From contig JAZKCF010000037.1 of the NCBI GenBank assembly GCA_040388195.1, forward strand, positions 3,512 through 67,511: DNA of 64,000 bases, given 5' to 3'. Each line of letters opens with the position of its first letter. The first letter of the stretch is position 1. Under the pieces are notes generated by a model. That model was not told where the DNA came from. It did no database searches and was given only the letters and a program-made list of their open reading frames with translations. This document shows, piece after piece, positions 8,739 through 18,831 of the stretch. Source of the DNA: Pseudomonadota bacterium. Lineage in GTDB: Bacteria > Pseudomonadota > Gammaproteobacteria > Burkholderiales > DATLHW01. The position numbers were made by a program, and so were the translations under genes.

Positions 8739-9763
8739 GGCACGGCATACGGAAGAGAAAGTGGCTGTAGCGCCGGTCCATCTAATGATTTGAAATGGAT
8801 GACTTGGTTCTCGATTTTTTCTCCTTGCACAACAGCAAGGGCGTCAAATCCTCCGTCAGGGGATGCGACGGCATTAACAATCATTCCCGATGTTTGTCCT
8901 TCCAAATTGTCGCTGAATAACGGATCGCCGGCGACGACTGAATCTGCGGCAATGTTCACCAAATACATTCGCCGTTTTAGTTTTCCCAGATATTGCGTGC
9001 GAGCGACGATTTCTTGGCCTGGATAGCAGCCCTTTTGAAAACTTACCCCACCGATCAGTTCGAAATTGGCCATTTGCGGTACGAATTGTTCTTGCGTTGC
9101 CAGGGTAATGCTTGGCTCACCGGCGCGAATAGCTAGCCAATCCCATTGGTCTGCACCCACTTTAACTGCTCCTTCGCTCAACGTTTGCCAGACGGCGGAC
9201 GCCTTCTCGGGGGCTGCAAGTATTTCGAACCGGTTTTGTCCCAAACTGAGCACCGTGATGTTCTCTCCTTGCCACAGTGCGCCGGGTTCTGGCGCGGGTG
9301 ATCCAGCTATGGTTTGTATTAATGTAGCGGCTTGCGGGCCTGCCATACCAAAGCGAATTGTTTCATCCGACGCCTCGACAAGCTTGACCTTGGCGCGTAA
9401 CACAAACATCGTAAGGCGCTTTTGAATGGACTCGCGTAATGCGCTCGGTAACTGCAGTAAATAGCGATCGTGCTGCTTCCAAAGACGGAATGAAGCCAGT
9501 AGCCTGCCTTTAGGAGAGCAATAACCGTTGAGCTGCCAGTTCGTCCCATTCAGTTTCTTCACATCGTTAGTGAACTGGCCGTGCAGAAATGTTTCGGCGT
9601 CTTCGCCGTTGATGGTAATCACGGCCTCGTGAGAAAGATCGGCGATAATCGTATCGTTTTTCACGGCTTGCCGCTCAAGTGTAGGATCGCCGAAATGCGA
9701 TACTTTGCCGTCGGTTATGACGGCGTCTTGTTCGATGAGAAAGTTTTTCCAGGTGGGGTGCAT
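8735..9763 (-). CDS. ygfZ: folate-binding protein YgfZ (tRNA-modifying / Fe-S cluster repair)
   Basis: Aminomethyltransferase-like fold with the signature ..SFQKGCYPGQEIVARTQYLGKLKRRMY.. (the KGCY.GQE motif). Confidence 0.85.
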   Translation of the reverse strand: MHPTWKNFLIEQDAVITDGKVSHFGDPTLERQAVKNDTIIADLSHEAVITINGEDAETFLHGQFTNDVKKLNGTNWQLNGYCSPKGRLLASFRLWKQHDRYLLQLPSALRESIQKRLTMFVLRAKVKLVEASDETIRFGMAGPQAATLIQTIAGSPAPEPGALWQGENITVLSLGQNRFEILAAPEKASAVWQTLSEGAVKVGADQWDWLAIRAGEPSITLATQEQFVPQMANFELIGGVSFQKGCYPGQEIVARTQYLGKLKRRMYLVNIAADSVVAGDPLFSDNLEGQTSGMIVNAVASPDGGFDALAVVQGEKIENQVIHFKSLDGPALQPLSLPYAVP

Positions 9764-9846
9764 GTTGAAACAATCATTAGTTGTTGGGATGATTAAGAGC
9801 GCCTACACAAAATGACGCTATAGAGATTTTTTACCAGTATAACAAT

Positions 9847-10281
9847 ATGAAGATGCTACGACTTTCTTTATCCCCTTCCCGGTATCTCGCCGGATTACTA
9901 ATATTGGCCCACGGCGCGAGTATCGCAATAGTCGCAATAATCGATTGGCCATTATGGTTCAAGGTGTTGATCTCGCTTGGGGTATTTGCAAGCAGTGTAT
10001 TCCATTTGCAGCGCGATGCGCTTCTCCGGTCTCCTTCCTCGATTGTGGCTTTCCTGTTGAAGAGCGACGGCCAGATTGAAGTAACTCAGCGTAATGGAAA
10101 AATCCTCATCGGTCAGCAGTTGAAAGGTAGTTTCGTTCATCCTTGGTTTACCACAGTTCTATGGCGGGCTGAGGGGGCGAGATTTTCGCGCGCGAATGTC
10201 ATTCTCCCGGACAGTTTGCCGGCAGAGCAATTTCGCGAACTTAGAGTTTGGCTGAAGTGGCGGCGGATTGAAAAAGCGTAA
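9847..10281 (+). CDS. YgfX/CptA-like inner-membrane protein
   Basis: 144 aa. The N-terminal ..LSLSPSRYLAGLLILAHGASIAIVAIIDWPLWFKVLISL.. (2 TM) and the C-terminal ..ANVILPDSLPAEQFRELRVWLKW.. parallel E. coli YgfX (..LWLAADSMDEAEWRDLRRIL..). Confidence 0.55.
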   Translation: MKMLRLSLSPSRYLAGLLILAHGASIAIVAIIDWPLWFKVLISLGVFASSVFHLQRDALLRSPSSIVAFLLKSDGQIEVTQRNGKILIGQQLKGSFVHPWFTTVLWRAEGARFSRANVILPDSLPAEQFRELRVWLKWRRIEKA

Positions 10282-10332
10282 ATCTGATCCTAGTGGTCAG
10301 TCACGTTGGATTTATTAGGCACACTGTGTGAT

Positions 10333-10438
10333 TGTCATTCTGAGTGCAACGAAGAATCTACTGTTTACAGCGGTCAAAATTAGCACGGTGCATAACGCAG
10401 GAAAAAAGCAGATTCTTCGCCTACGGCTCAGAATGACA
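10333..10438. repeat. 106-bp palindromic intergenic element (GTCATTCTGAG..GAAGAATCT arms)
   Basis: The left arm TGTCATTCTGAGtgcaacGAAGAATCT (10333-10359) is the reverse complement of the right arm AGATTCTTCgcctacggCTCAGAATGACA (10410-10438). It lies 117 nt upstream of purL. Confidence 0.8.
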
Positions 10439-10554
10439 AGGCGCGCGTTTTCGGCGTAAGGTCACGCCATTCGTGAGGTTTACCGATTTCATGGTTTCGA
10501 GAGCGGTACACGAATCGGGTATAATTTCGCTTTAGTTACAACGCAACAGTCACC

Positions 10555-13500
10555 ATGCCGCAGATTCTTCGTCTTCCTGGTTCAGCCGCGCTCTCAGCAT
10601 TCCGTTTAGAAAAACTTAAAACCGCTCTCGCCGGTACACCACTGGCTAATGTCCGTATAGCCACGCGTTATTGGCATTTTGTCGAGCTTGACTGCCCGCT
10701 GACGGATGCCGAGCACAGCGTGCTGGAGCGGGTGCTTAGTTATGGACCTAAAGGGGAAGTGGCGGTTTCCGGCGAATTGCTTCTCGTAGTACCGCGTCTC
10801 GGGACTATCTCACCTTGGTCTTCCAAAGCAACGGATATTGCCCGGCATTGCGGTCTCCCGGCTATCAGCCGGATCGAACGTGGGGTTGCTTACTACGTCG
10901 ATCAAAGCGAGCTAGGTGACTCAGAGCGCGCGGCGCTATTACCGGTTATTCACGATCGGATGACTGAAACAGTGTTAACCAGCTTCGAGGAAGCAGGCCA
11001 GCTATTTCACCATTTTGAGCCTAAGCCGTTATCGCTGGTTGATATTTCCAAAGGCGGTAAGGCCGCTTTAGAAACTGCAAATCGCGAGATGGGGCTAGCG
11101 CTTTCCGCCGACGAAATCGATTATCTCTACGACAACTTCCGTGCGATCGATCGTAATCCAACGGACGTAGAGTTAATGATGTTCGCGCAAGCGAATTCTG
11201 AACATTGCCGTCACAAAATTTTCAATGCCGATTGGGTAATCGACGGCAATGCGCAGTCCCAGTCGCTGTTTGGGATGATTCGCAATACCCACAAATTAAG
11301 TCCGCAGGGAACTATCGTGGCGTACTCCGATAATTCAGCGATCATGGCAGGGGCGGAGGTGGCGCGTTTTTATCCTGGTGACGAAGCAGGGTATCGCTAT
11401 TCCAACGAATTGACCCATACCTTGATGAAGGTGGAAACGCATAATCATCCCACTGCGATTGCGCCGCATCCGGGAGCAGCAACTGGCTCCGGTGGAGAAA
11501 TTCGCGACGAAGGTGCAACCGGTATGGGATCGAAGCCAAAGGCCGGTCTTGTGGGTTTTTCCGTTTCCAATTTGAACATTCCTGGTTTCAAGCAGCCATG
11601 GGAAGTTTTTGCCGGCGCTGCTGACGGGACATACGGCAAGCCGGAGCGGATTGCGAACGCGTTACAGATTATGCTTGAAGGGCCTATCGGTGGCGCGGCA
11701 TTCAACAATGAATTTGGGCGGCCTAACTTGTGCGGCTACTTCCGCACTTACGAAGAAATGGTCGCTGGTGAAATGCGCGGTTATCACAAGCCGATCATGA
11801 TCGCCGGCGGTTTGGGTAACATCAACGCGATTCATTCTCACAAAAAACCGTTGCAGCCTGGTGCTCTGATGATTCAATTGGGTGGTCCTGGCATGCTGAT
11901 TGGTTTGGGCGGTGGCGCCGCATCCAGCATGGCTTCGGGGACTAATACCGAGCAACTGGATTTCGATTCAGTCCAGCGCGCCAATCCTGAAATGGAGCGT
12001 CGTTGCCAGGAAGTGATTGATCGTTGCTGGGAAATGGGCAGCGAGAATCCGATTCTCTCGATCCATGACGTCGGCGCCGGCGGACTATCCAACGCGTTGC
12101 CGGAACTAGCCGAAGGCGGTGGCGTGGGGGCGCGTCTGAATTTGCGCGAAGTGCCGAGCGAAGAGTCCGGCATGTCTCCCAAAGAAATCTGGTGCAACGA
12201 GGCGCAGGAGCGTTATGTGCTTGCCCTATTGCCGGAGTCGCTCGATTTGTTTCAGCGGATTTGCGAGCGGGAGCGTTGTCCTTTTGCCGTGCTCGGCGAA
12301 GCGACTGCGGTACATCAACTGACAATTAGCGATCCCCACTTCGATAACAAACCTGTCGATATGGATCTCACCGTCCTGCTTGGCAAGCCGCCAAAAATGG
12401 TACGCGATGTGCAGCGGCGAGAAGTGAGGTTGGAGGAATTTACCGGTGCAGGCATCAATCTTAAAGATGCGGCTTATCGCGTGCTTCGATTGCCTAGCGT
12501 TGCTGATAAAACGTTCCTTATTAGCATTGGCGATCGTAGTGTTGGAGGTCTGTGTTCCCGCGATCAAGTGGTAGGGCCATGGCAAGTGCCGGTCGCCGAT
12601 GTGGCGGTTACGCTGATGGGTTTTCAAACCCATTTCGGCGAAGCGATGGCAATGGGCGAGCGGACGCCGATTGCTTGCATCGACGCACCGGCTTCTGGCC
12701 GCATGGCAGTAGGTGAAGCGATTACTAATATCGCCGCTGCCGCAGTGGACGACATCAGTCACATCAAGCTATCGGCCAACTGGATGGCTGCTGCTGGACA
12801 TCCCGGCGAAGACGCGGCGTTGTACGAAACGGTAAAGGCTGTAGGTATGCAGCTTTGTCCTGCATTGGGCATTGGCATTCCGGTGGGCAAAGATTCGATG
12901 TCGATGAAAACGACGTGGCAAGATGGCAAATCGGTAACGGCGCCGTTATCGCTCGTCATTTCTGCCTTTGCTCCGGTTAGCGACGTACGCCGTACTTTAA
13001 CGCCGCAGTTGCGTACGGACAAAGACGCAACTGAACTGATTTTGATCGACTTGGGTGGCGGCAAGAATCGGCTTGGTGGGTCGGCGCTGGCGCAAGTTTA
13101 CAAACAGGTTGGCAATAGCACACCTGATGTTGACGATGCCGCAAAGCTGCGAGCATTTTTCGCCGCGATCCAGCAACTCAATCGCGCAGGGAAGATCATT
13201 GCATATCACGATCGTTCCGATGGTGGACTTTTTGCCACGTTGTGTGAAATGGCTTTTGCGGGGCATTGCGGATTGAGCGCTAATCTCGACCTTCTTGCGA
13301 TTGATCAAGCCGTACTTGATGTAGATGGTAATGAGCGCTTGCCTGAGTTGATGGGCGAGCGCATGACACAACGTCTTGTTGCTGCCTTGTTTAATGAAGA
13401 GCTTGGTGCGGTTGTTCAAATTCGCGCTGAAGATCGTACAGACGTTTTCGAAACACTCAACCAAGCCGGTCTCGCAGGCATGGTGTATTTTCTTGGCGGC

Positions 13501-14514
13501 CTTAATGCTAATGACGAAGTGCGTTTTATCCTCAACGGCAAATCGGTTTTCGCAGAGAAGCGCATCGACTTGCAACGTGCTTGGTCGGAAACGACTTATC
13601 ACTTACAAAAATTGCGTGACAATCCACTTTGTGCCGAACAGGAATACGAACGAATCGCCGACATAAAAGATCCGGGTTTATCCGTCCGGGTTAGTTACGA
13701 TCACAACGAAGATATTGCCGCGCCTTTTATTGCTGCCAAAGGTATTCGTCCACGTGTTGCGATTCTGCGAGAGCAAGGTGTGAATGGTCAGATTGAAATG
13801 GCTGCTGCTTTCGATCGCGCAGGTTTTGCAGCAACCGATGTGCATATGAGCGATGTTATCGAAGGACGGATTTCACTGAAAGACTTCCAAGGTTTTGCGG
13901 CTTGCGGTGGTTTTTCTTATGGTGATGTGCTGGGTGCCGGCGAGGGATGGGCGAAATCCATCTTGTTCAATTTGAGAGCACGTGAGGAATTCGAAGCATT
14001 CTTTAATCGTCGCGACTCATTTGCATTAGGTGTTTGCAATGGTTGCCAGATGATGGCGAATCTGCGCGAAATTATTCCTGGCGCCGGACATTGGCCGCAT
14101 TTCGTGCGCAACAAATCTGAGCAATTCGAGGCGCGTTACGTGATGGTGGAAGTGCAGGAATCGCCTTCGCTATTCTTCAGCGGCATGGTGGGCAGCCGTA
14201 TGCCTATCGTAGTGTCGCATGGCGAGGGTTACCCGGAATATGAGACCGAGGAGTCGTTATCGACTTCGCAACACTTGGTCACGCTGCGTTACATTGATAA
14301 CTATGGCCGGCCAACTGAGCATTATCCGGAGAATCCGAACGGATCGCCGCGTGGCATTACCGGCGTGACGACGGTTGATGGACGTTTCAATATATTGATG
14401 CCGCATCCGGAGCGTGTATTCCGGGCTGTTCAATGCTCATGGCGTCCCGACGATTGGCAGGAGGATAGCCCATGGATACGTATGTTCCGCAACGCGCGAA
14501 AGTGGATAGGATAA
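10555..14514 (+). CDS. purL: phosphoribosylformylglycinamidine synthase (single-chain FGAM synthase)
   Basis: 1319-aa ORF with the large PurL architecture and a C-terminal glutaminase (..[10 protein letters not shown].. nucleophile, ..LMPHPER..). Confidence 0.97.
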   Translation: MPQILRLPGSAALSAFRLEKLKTALAGTPLANVRIATRYWHFVELDCPLTDAEHSVLERVLSYGPKGEVAVSGELLLVVPRLGTISPWSSKATDIARHCGLPAISRIERGVAYYVDQSELGDSERAALLPVIHDRMTETVLTSFEEAGQLFHHFEPKPLSLVDISKGGKAALETANREMGLALSADEIDYLYDNFRAIDRNPTDVELMMFAQANSEHCRHKIFNADWVIDGNAQSQSLFGMIRNTHKLSPQGTIVAYSDNSAIMAGAEVARFYPGDEAGYRYSNELTHTLMKVETHNHPTAIAPHPGAATGSGGEIRDEGATGMGSKPKAGLVGFSVSNLNIPGFKQPWEVFAGAADGTYGKPERIANALQIMLEGPIGGAAFNNEFGRPNLCGYFRTYEEMVAGEMRGYHKPIMIAGGLGNINAIHSHKKPLQPGALMIQLGGPGMLIGLGGGAASSMASGTNTEQLDFDSVQRANPEMERRCQEVIDRCWEMGSENPILSIHDVGAGGLSNALPELAEGGGVGARLNLREVPSEESGMSPKEIWCNEAQERYVLALLPESLDLFQRICERERCPFAVLGEATAVHQLTISDPHFDNKPVDMDLTVLLGKPPKMVRDVQRREVRLEEFTGAGINLKDAAYRVLRLPSVADKTFLISIGDRSVGGLCSRDQVVGPWQVPVADVAVTLMGFQTHFGEAMAMGERTPIACIDAPASGRMAVGEAITNIAAAAVDDISHIKLSANWMAAAGHPGEDAALYETVKAVGMQLCPALGIGIPVGKDSMSMKTTWQDGKSVTAPLSLVISAFAPVSDVRRTLTPQLRTDKDATELILIDLGGGKNRLGGSALAQVYKQVGNSTPDVDDAAKLRAFFAAIQQLNRAGKIIAYHDRSDGGLFATLCEMAFAGHCGLSANLDLLAIDQAVLDVDGNERLPELMGERMTQRLVAALFNEELGAVVQIRAEDRTDVFETLNQAGLAGMVYFLGGLNANDEVRFILNGKSVFAEKRIDLQRAWSETTYHLQKLRDNPLCAEQEYERIADIKDPGLSVRVSYDHNEDIAAPFIAAKGIRPRVAILREQGVNGQIEMAAAFDRAGFAATDVHMSDVIEGRISLKDFQGFAACGGFSYGDVLGAGEGWAKSILFNLRAREEFEAFFNRRDSFALGVCNGCQMMANLREIIPGAGHWPHFVRNKSEQFEARYVMVEVQESPSLFFSGMVGSRMPIVVSHGEGYPEYETEESLSTSQHLVTLRYIDNYGRPTEHYPENPNGSPRGITGVTTVDGRFNILMPHPERVFRAVQCSWRPDDWQEDSPWIRMFRNARKWIG

Positions 14515-14550
14515 GCAGAAAATTGTTGTTAGGACGGCGCTCTATAAAAT

Positions 14551-14582
14551 AAAAAAGCCACGGCATGCCGTGGCTTTTTTAT
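14551..14582. terminator. bidirectional rho-independent terminator
   Basis: AAAAAAGCCACGGcatgCCGTGGCTTTTTTAT lies between the convergent purL and PPIase genes. The GC stem is flanked by an A-run and a T-run. Confidence 0.75.
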
Positions 14583-14595
14583 TTGAACAATCGTC

Positions 14596-15423
14596 TTATT
14601 TTGAATCGACGATCTTCGCTTTGGAGCGCAGTTCCGCAAGCATTTTCTGAACTTGTTGCTGTTGCATGCGAGTGCGGAAGTTATCTTTAACTTCTTCGAA
14701 AGCCGGTGCTTTCAGATCGCGTACGTCATCCAACTTGATGACGTGATAGCCAAAATTAGTTTGGACAGGCTTCGGTGTAACTTGTCCCTTTTGCAGCGCT
14801 TTCACTGCATCAGCGAATGGACCTACGAAACGGCCAGCAGGACCCCAGTCCAGATCGCCACCGTTTTCTTTGGAGCCGGTATCTTTGGATTTCTCTTTGG
14901 CGATCTTGTCGAAGTCGCCACCTTTATTGAGCTGTTCGATAATGGCTTTGGCTTCGTCTTCCTTCTCTACCAGGATATGACGGGGTTTGTATTCTTTATC
15001 GCCAAGCTGTCCTTTAAAGGCTTCATATTCCTTTTTGAGGTCCGCGTCGTTCAACGGATTACTTTTTACATATTCCTGAACATAAGCTTCGGCCAGAATT
15101 TCCTGGCGGCTCATCGCTAGCTGGGTTTGGACAGTGGCGCTTTTTTCCAAACCTTTTTTACGGGCTTCTTGGCTGACGAGTTCTAACATGATCAATTTAT
15201 CTTTGATCGCGTTAACCATTTCTGGAGATTCTGGACGCCCTTGCGTTGCTTGGGCTTTTACGATTGCGTCGATTCGTGATTGAGGAATAGCAACGCCATT
15301 CACCGATACGTTACCGATAGTGGTTGCGGCTACTGCTTTATTGCTTTGTGTGGCATAAACGCCGGCGACACTGAAAATGGCGACGGTGAGCGCCAGGGAA
15401 AGATAGGCTTGCGATTTTTTCAT
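14596..15423 (-). CDS. peptidylprolyl isomerase, parvulin (PpiC/Cbf2) type, secreted
   Basis: Signal peptide MKKSQAYLSLALTVAIFSVAG..; rotamase domain ..YKPRHILVEKEDEAK.. and ..TNFGYHVIKLDDV..; ATG at 15423 with GAGG upstream. Confidence 0.85.
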   Translation of the reverse strand: MKKSQAYLSLALTVAIFSVAGVYATQSNKAVAATTIGNVSVNGVAIPQSRIDAIVKAQATQGRPESPEMVNAIKDKLIMLELVSQEARKKGLEKSATVQTQLAMSRQEILAEAYVQEYVKSNPLNDADLKKEYEAFKGQLGDKEYKPRHILVEKEDEAKAIIEQLNKGGDFDKIAKEKSKDTGSKENGGDLDWGPAGRFVGPFADAVKALQKGQVTPKPVQTNFGYHVIKLDDVRDLKAPAFEEVKDNFRTRMQQQQVQKMLAELRSKAKIVDSK

Positions 15424-15546
15424 AAGGACCTCGAGGTTGGGAGCATAAAAAATTTCAGAATAATTGGGCTGCTCAATGAAGAAATAAAACAAACAGAGTG
15501 CGTTAGCTAAAGAGTCTTTCTTAACTTAAATTGACAGATAGGTTTC

Positions 15547-15813
15547 TCATGCTTCATCTGGCGCAATTGCATCAATCGCCAAGGCATGAATTTCACGCTG
15601 CATTAAGTCGCCGAGGGCATCATAAATCAGCCGGTGCCGAGCAAGGCGCGAAGCGCCGACGAAAAGGGGGGAAATGATGGTTAATTGATAATGACCACCG
15701 CCACTACGTGCGCCAGCGTGGCCGATGTGTTTACCGCTTTCATCCTTAATGTCGATCGAAACCGGTTGAAGCTTGACCAAACGTTCACGAATAAGTTCTG
15801 GGGTAGATGCCAT
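15547..15813 (-). CDS. BolA family protein
   Basis: ..ELIRERLVKLQPVSIDIKDESGKHIGHAG..HYQLTIISPLFVGASRLARHRLIYDALGDLMQREIHALAI.. aligns with E. coli BolA from its N-terminus. The start is therefore set at ATG 15813; the ORF is open to a GTG at 15903. Confidence 0.8.
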   Translation of the reverse strand: MASTPELIRERLVKLQPVSIDIKDESGKHIGHAGARSGGGHYQLTIISPLFVGASRLARHRLIYDALGDLMQREIHALAIDAIAPDEA

Positions 15814-15899
15814 TTCAATATCCAACGTCCCGGCCGATTTCGCCGCCTGGTTGCCGTGCATACTATTCTGAATGAGGCTGTTTTGAAAAGGCTTTGTAT

Positions 15900-16202
15900 T
15901 CACTCGGGGAAAACTTTTTTGAATGGTTTCACGTTTACCCTGGCATAGACACCAGCTGTTGCATAGGGATCTTCGGCTGTCCAGGCAATTGCTTCATTCA
16001 AGGAGGCGAATTCCGCCACGATGAGCGAGCCGGAAAATCCGGCAGGACCGGCATCGGTGCTATCAATGATGGGGTTAGGGCCAGCTAAAACCAGCCGCCC
16101 ATCTGCTTGAAGCGCGCGCAAACGTTCCAAATGGGCTGGCCGAGCGGCGAGACGTTTTTCGAGTGAACCAGGTAAATCTTCTGCAATGATGGTGTACAGC
16201 AT
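15900..16202 (-). CDS. yciI: YciI family protein
   Basis: [28 protein letters not shown]...[37 protein letters not shown] is near-collinear with E. coli YciI. Confidence 0.85.
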   Translation of the reverse strand: MLYTIIAEDLPGSLEKRLAARPAHLERLRALQADGRLVLAGPNPIIDSTDAGPAGFSGSLIVAEFASLNEAIAWTAEDPYATAGVYARVNVKPFKKVFPE

Positions 16203-16819
16203 TATTGTGATTCTTCCTTAGGATGTTCTATGTATTTAGCTAGCCAGACGCTCTGAAACAGCACAAATACTAGCATTAACCCTGACATGCCAAATACCTT
16301 GAAATTAACCCATGTCTCAGTGGGAAAGTTAAAGGCGAAATAAAGATTCGCAAAACCCATAGCAGTAAAAAAGCCTGCCCAACTAAGATTCAATTTGTTC
16401 CATATAGGTTCCGGAACTGTAAATTGTTTTTCCAACGTGGCTCGAATGAAATTGCGGTGAAATACGATCTTGCCTCCTAGTAAAACTATAGCGAAGAGCC
16501 AATAAAGCACAGTCGGCTTCCATTTAATAAAGTTTTCATTCTGGAAAATCAGAGTAGCACCGCCGAATACGACAATAATCGCCAAGCTAACCCATAACAT
16601 TGTGTCTACTTTTCGCCGTCTTGCTAGTAGCCAGCCGACTTGCATAAAGGTAGCGACGATTGCTACTGCTGTTGCAAGAAGGATCGGTGCTTGCGTGGAA
16701 ACGATGTTCGGGCCTAGCAAGGATCGAGTTAGTAAGAGCGCTCCTTCGGGATTGCCGTGCGCAAATTTATATGCCACGAAGAAAAAAATGACAGGAAATA
16801 GATCAAATAGAAATTTCAT
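16202..16819 (-). CDS. yciB: intracellular septation protein A (YciB)
   Basis: [19 protein letters not shown].., five TM segments and ..FKVFG.. fit YciB. Its stop overlaps the yciI ATG (TAATG). Confidence 0.85.
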   Translation of the reverse strand: MKFLFDLFPVIFFFVAYKFAHGNPEGALLLTRSLLGPNIVSTQAPILLATAVAIVATFMQVGWLLARRRKVDTMLWVSLAIIVVFGGATLIFQNENFIKWKPTVLYWLFAIVLLGGKIVFHRNFIRATLEKQFTVPEPIWNKLNLSWAGFFTAMGFANLYFAFNFPTETWVNFKVFGMSGLMLVFVLFQSVWLAKYIEHPKEESQ

Positions 16820-16839
16820 AGCCTGCTATTGTCCTGCTT

Positions 16840-17598
16840 TTAATGTATGACCGTCCACCGGGCGTGTTCCGCTTGCAGCAATCCTCTTACCTCATCGGAA
16901 AAAGCTGAGTGTTCCGCTTGCTGCGCTGCTTCGGCAAAAAAGCCGGAACATTCTTCGGGCAGGTGTTTCCCCAGCATATCGAAGGCATAACGCATCATCG
17001 GCACGTCTTGTGTGCGCACGGCGACGATAGCGAAGTTAACGAGCAGAATCCGCCAGGGTCGGTCAGGGTTGGATTTTTCCAAATCGTGCTTAATGGATTC
17101 CGGCAGCGCTTGAATAAGACCTTGCATGAGCCCGTATATGGCCGCGAGGTCTTGCTTGGTTTTAGCATCATTGGCCATATAAGCCAAGGCATTAACTACC
17201 GGTTCCGGCGTAGTGATTGCGCATTCATGCCGCAAAGCCCACAAGGCGGCGCCGATAATGAGTTTGTCCCAATGTGGCGTTAGCGCGGCCAATTCCAGAC
17301 GATCCAGCCAATTGCGTAGTTCAGCTAAGCAGCGTAGGCAATAATCGGCGAGTTCGCTTGTATCCTCCAGTGGAACAACACCGGTTTCTCCGTACTCTTC
17401 ATCCAGCTTATAAAAGGCGCTGAAAAATTCTTCGACTGCCTTGATAAGCTCCGGTGGCGCGGTAGGCCCACTTTGCACGATGCCACGTAATTCGTAGGCC
17501 GGTAAAATTTCGGATGCCAATATTTTGAAGCGATCACCCAGATCCTTGCTTGCTTCAGTGCTTACGTCAGTAAACTTAATTTCCTTGATTTCAATCAC
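16840..17598 (-). CDS. hypothetical protein (252 aa)
   Basis: Long ORF on the same strand, 20 nt upstream of yciB. It has a GTG start and no obvious SD. It looks helical and acidic, and I recognise no family. Confidence 0.55.
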   Translation of the reverse strand: MIEIKEIKFTDVSTEASKDLGDRFKILASEILPAYELRGIVQSGPTAPPELIKAVEEFFSAFYKLDEEYGETGVVPLEDTSELADYCLRCLAELRNWLDRLELAALTPHWDKLIIGAALWALRHECAITTPEPVVNALAYMANDAKTKQDLAAIYGLMQGLIQALPESIKHDLEKSNPDRPWRILLVNFAIVAVRTQDVPMMRYAFDMLGKHLPEECSGFFAEAAQQAEHSAFSDEVRGLLQAEHARWTVIH

Positions 17599-17668
17599 GG
17601 GATGAGAACATCTGCAGTAAAAAGGCCGTTATTTTGCTATGATTTACGACTATTCCACAAGTTTGTCT

Positions 17669-17834
17669 AATCCGGGTGTTTCAGAAATCCGCGAGATGAT
17701 CGCGCCGGATTTTGATTTTTGTAGGAAAAATTTGTGACGGCGTGGCGTAGTTATTCATACGTCAAGCTGAACAAGGTTTTCCTAATGAATTTAAAAGACA
17801 AGCGAGGGCCGCGCATTTACGAAACACCCGGATT
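17669..17834. repeat. 14-bp perfect inverted repeat pair bracketing the yciV upstream region
   Basis: AATCCGGGTGTTTC (17669-17682) and GAAACACCCGGATT (17821-17834). The second arm ends 5 nt before the TTG start of the PHP gene. Confidence 0.6.
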
Positions 17835-17839
17835 TAACC

Positions 17840-18676
17840 TTGATCAACGCCGACCTCCATAGCCACTCCACCATTTCCGATGGTTTATTAACGCCTACAG
17901 AACTAGTTCGCCGCGCCGCAGAACTGGGGGTCGAGCTTTTCGCTCTTACGGATCATGACGATATTAGTGGCCTCGCCGAAGCGAGTGCGGAAGCGGCTCG
18001 ACTAGGGCTTCCCTTTGTGAGTGGTGTTGAAATATCAGTCACCTGGGAGACAACTACGCTGCATGTGGTAGGTCTTAATATTGATGTGGAAAACGCTGGT
18101 CTCAAGGCAAGTCTTGTCGAAGCGAGGGAAGGGCGCAGGCACCGCGCTCAACTGATGGCTGACGACCTGACCCGCGTAGGCATTACTGGTAGCCTTGAGG
18201 GAGCGAACAAATATGCTACCAATAAGGAAATGATCGGTCGTACTCACTTTGCTCGATTCTTGGCCGATAAAGGAATCGTCTCCGATGTAAAAAGTGCTTT
18301 CAAGCGTTATTTGGTCAAGGGAAAGCCCGGCTACGTAGCGCATGAATGGATGAGTCTTGAGCATGCGGTCCATTGCATTCATGGTGCCGGCGGGGTGGCG
18401 GTTCTTGCGCATCCTGGTCGCTATAAGTTGGGTTCAACCCCGATGCGTCGACTGCTCAGTGAGTTTCGAGATCTTGGGGGCGAAGCATTGGAAGTGGTTA
18501 CCGGCAATCACACGCCTGATCAGGTGCGGCACTACTCAGGATTAGCAAAAAATTTCGGCTTTGCCGCTTCGCGTGGCTCGGATTATCACGGCCCTGGGGA
18601 AAGTTATACGCTGCCTGGCAGATTGCCACCGTTACCGATTGGATTACAGGCGGTGTGGGAGATGTGGGAGCGGTAA
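17840..18676 (+). CDS. yciV: PHP domain protein (TrpH/YciV; nucleoside bisphosphate phosphatase / RNase AM family)
   Basis: N-terminal metal-binding ..ADLHSHSTISDG.., ..ALTDHD.., ..LAHPGRY.. and ..GSDYHG..; TTG start. Confidence 0.85.
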   Translation: MINADLHSHSTISDGLLTPTELVRRAAELGVELFALTDHDDISGLAEASAEAARLGLPFVSGVEISVTWETTTLHVVGLNIDVENAGLKASLVEAREGRRHRAQLMADDLTRVGITGSLEGANKYATNKEMIGRTHFARFLADKGIVSDVKSAFKRYLVKGKPGYVAHEWMSLEHAVHCIHGAGGVAVLAHPGRYKLGSTPMRRLLSEFRDLGGEALEVVTGNHTPDQVRHYSGLAKNFGFAASRGSDYHGPGESYTLPGRLPPLPIGLQAVWEMWER

Positions 18677-18831
18677 AGATTAAGGTGGGAAATTGTTCGA
18701 TCTTCCCGGCGTGTGCATTGAACGGTTTTTATTAAGGGGGATTTTCTCCCTTGAGTCGTCCAATCTAAAGCCAGTCTCTTAGCTATGGTATAGTTGGACA
18801 TTGATTCCCAGCATAGTTTCCGCTTCCAGGC

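Noticed and set aside
12226-13602. Long minus-strand ORFs inside purL (178 aa at 12226-12762, 101 aa at 12759-13064, 201 aa at 12997-13602).
   Set aside because: They are antisense, in the same codon register as a very well-supported 1319-aa gene. Their Cys/Arg/Ile-rich composition is typical of shadow ORFs.
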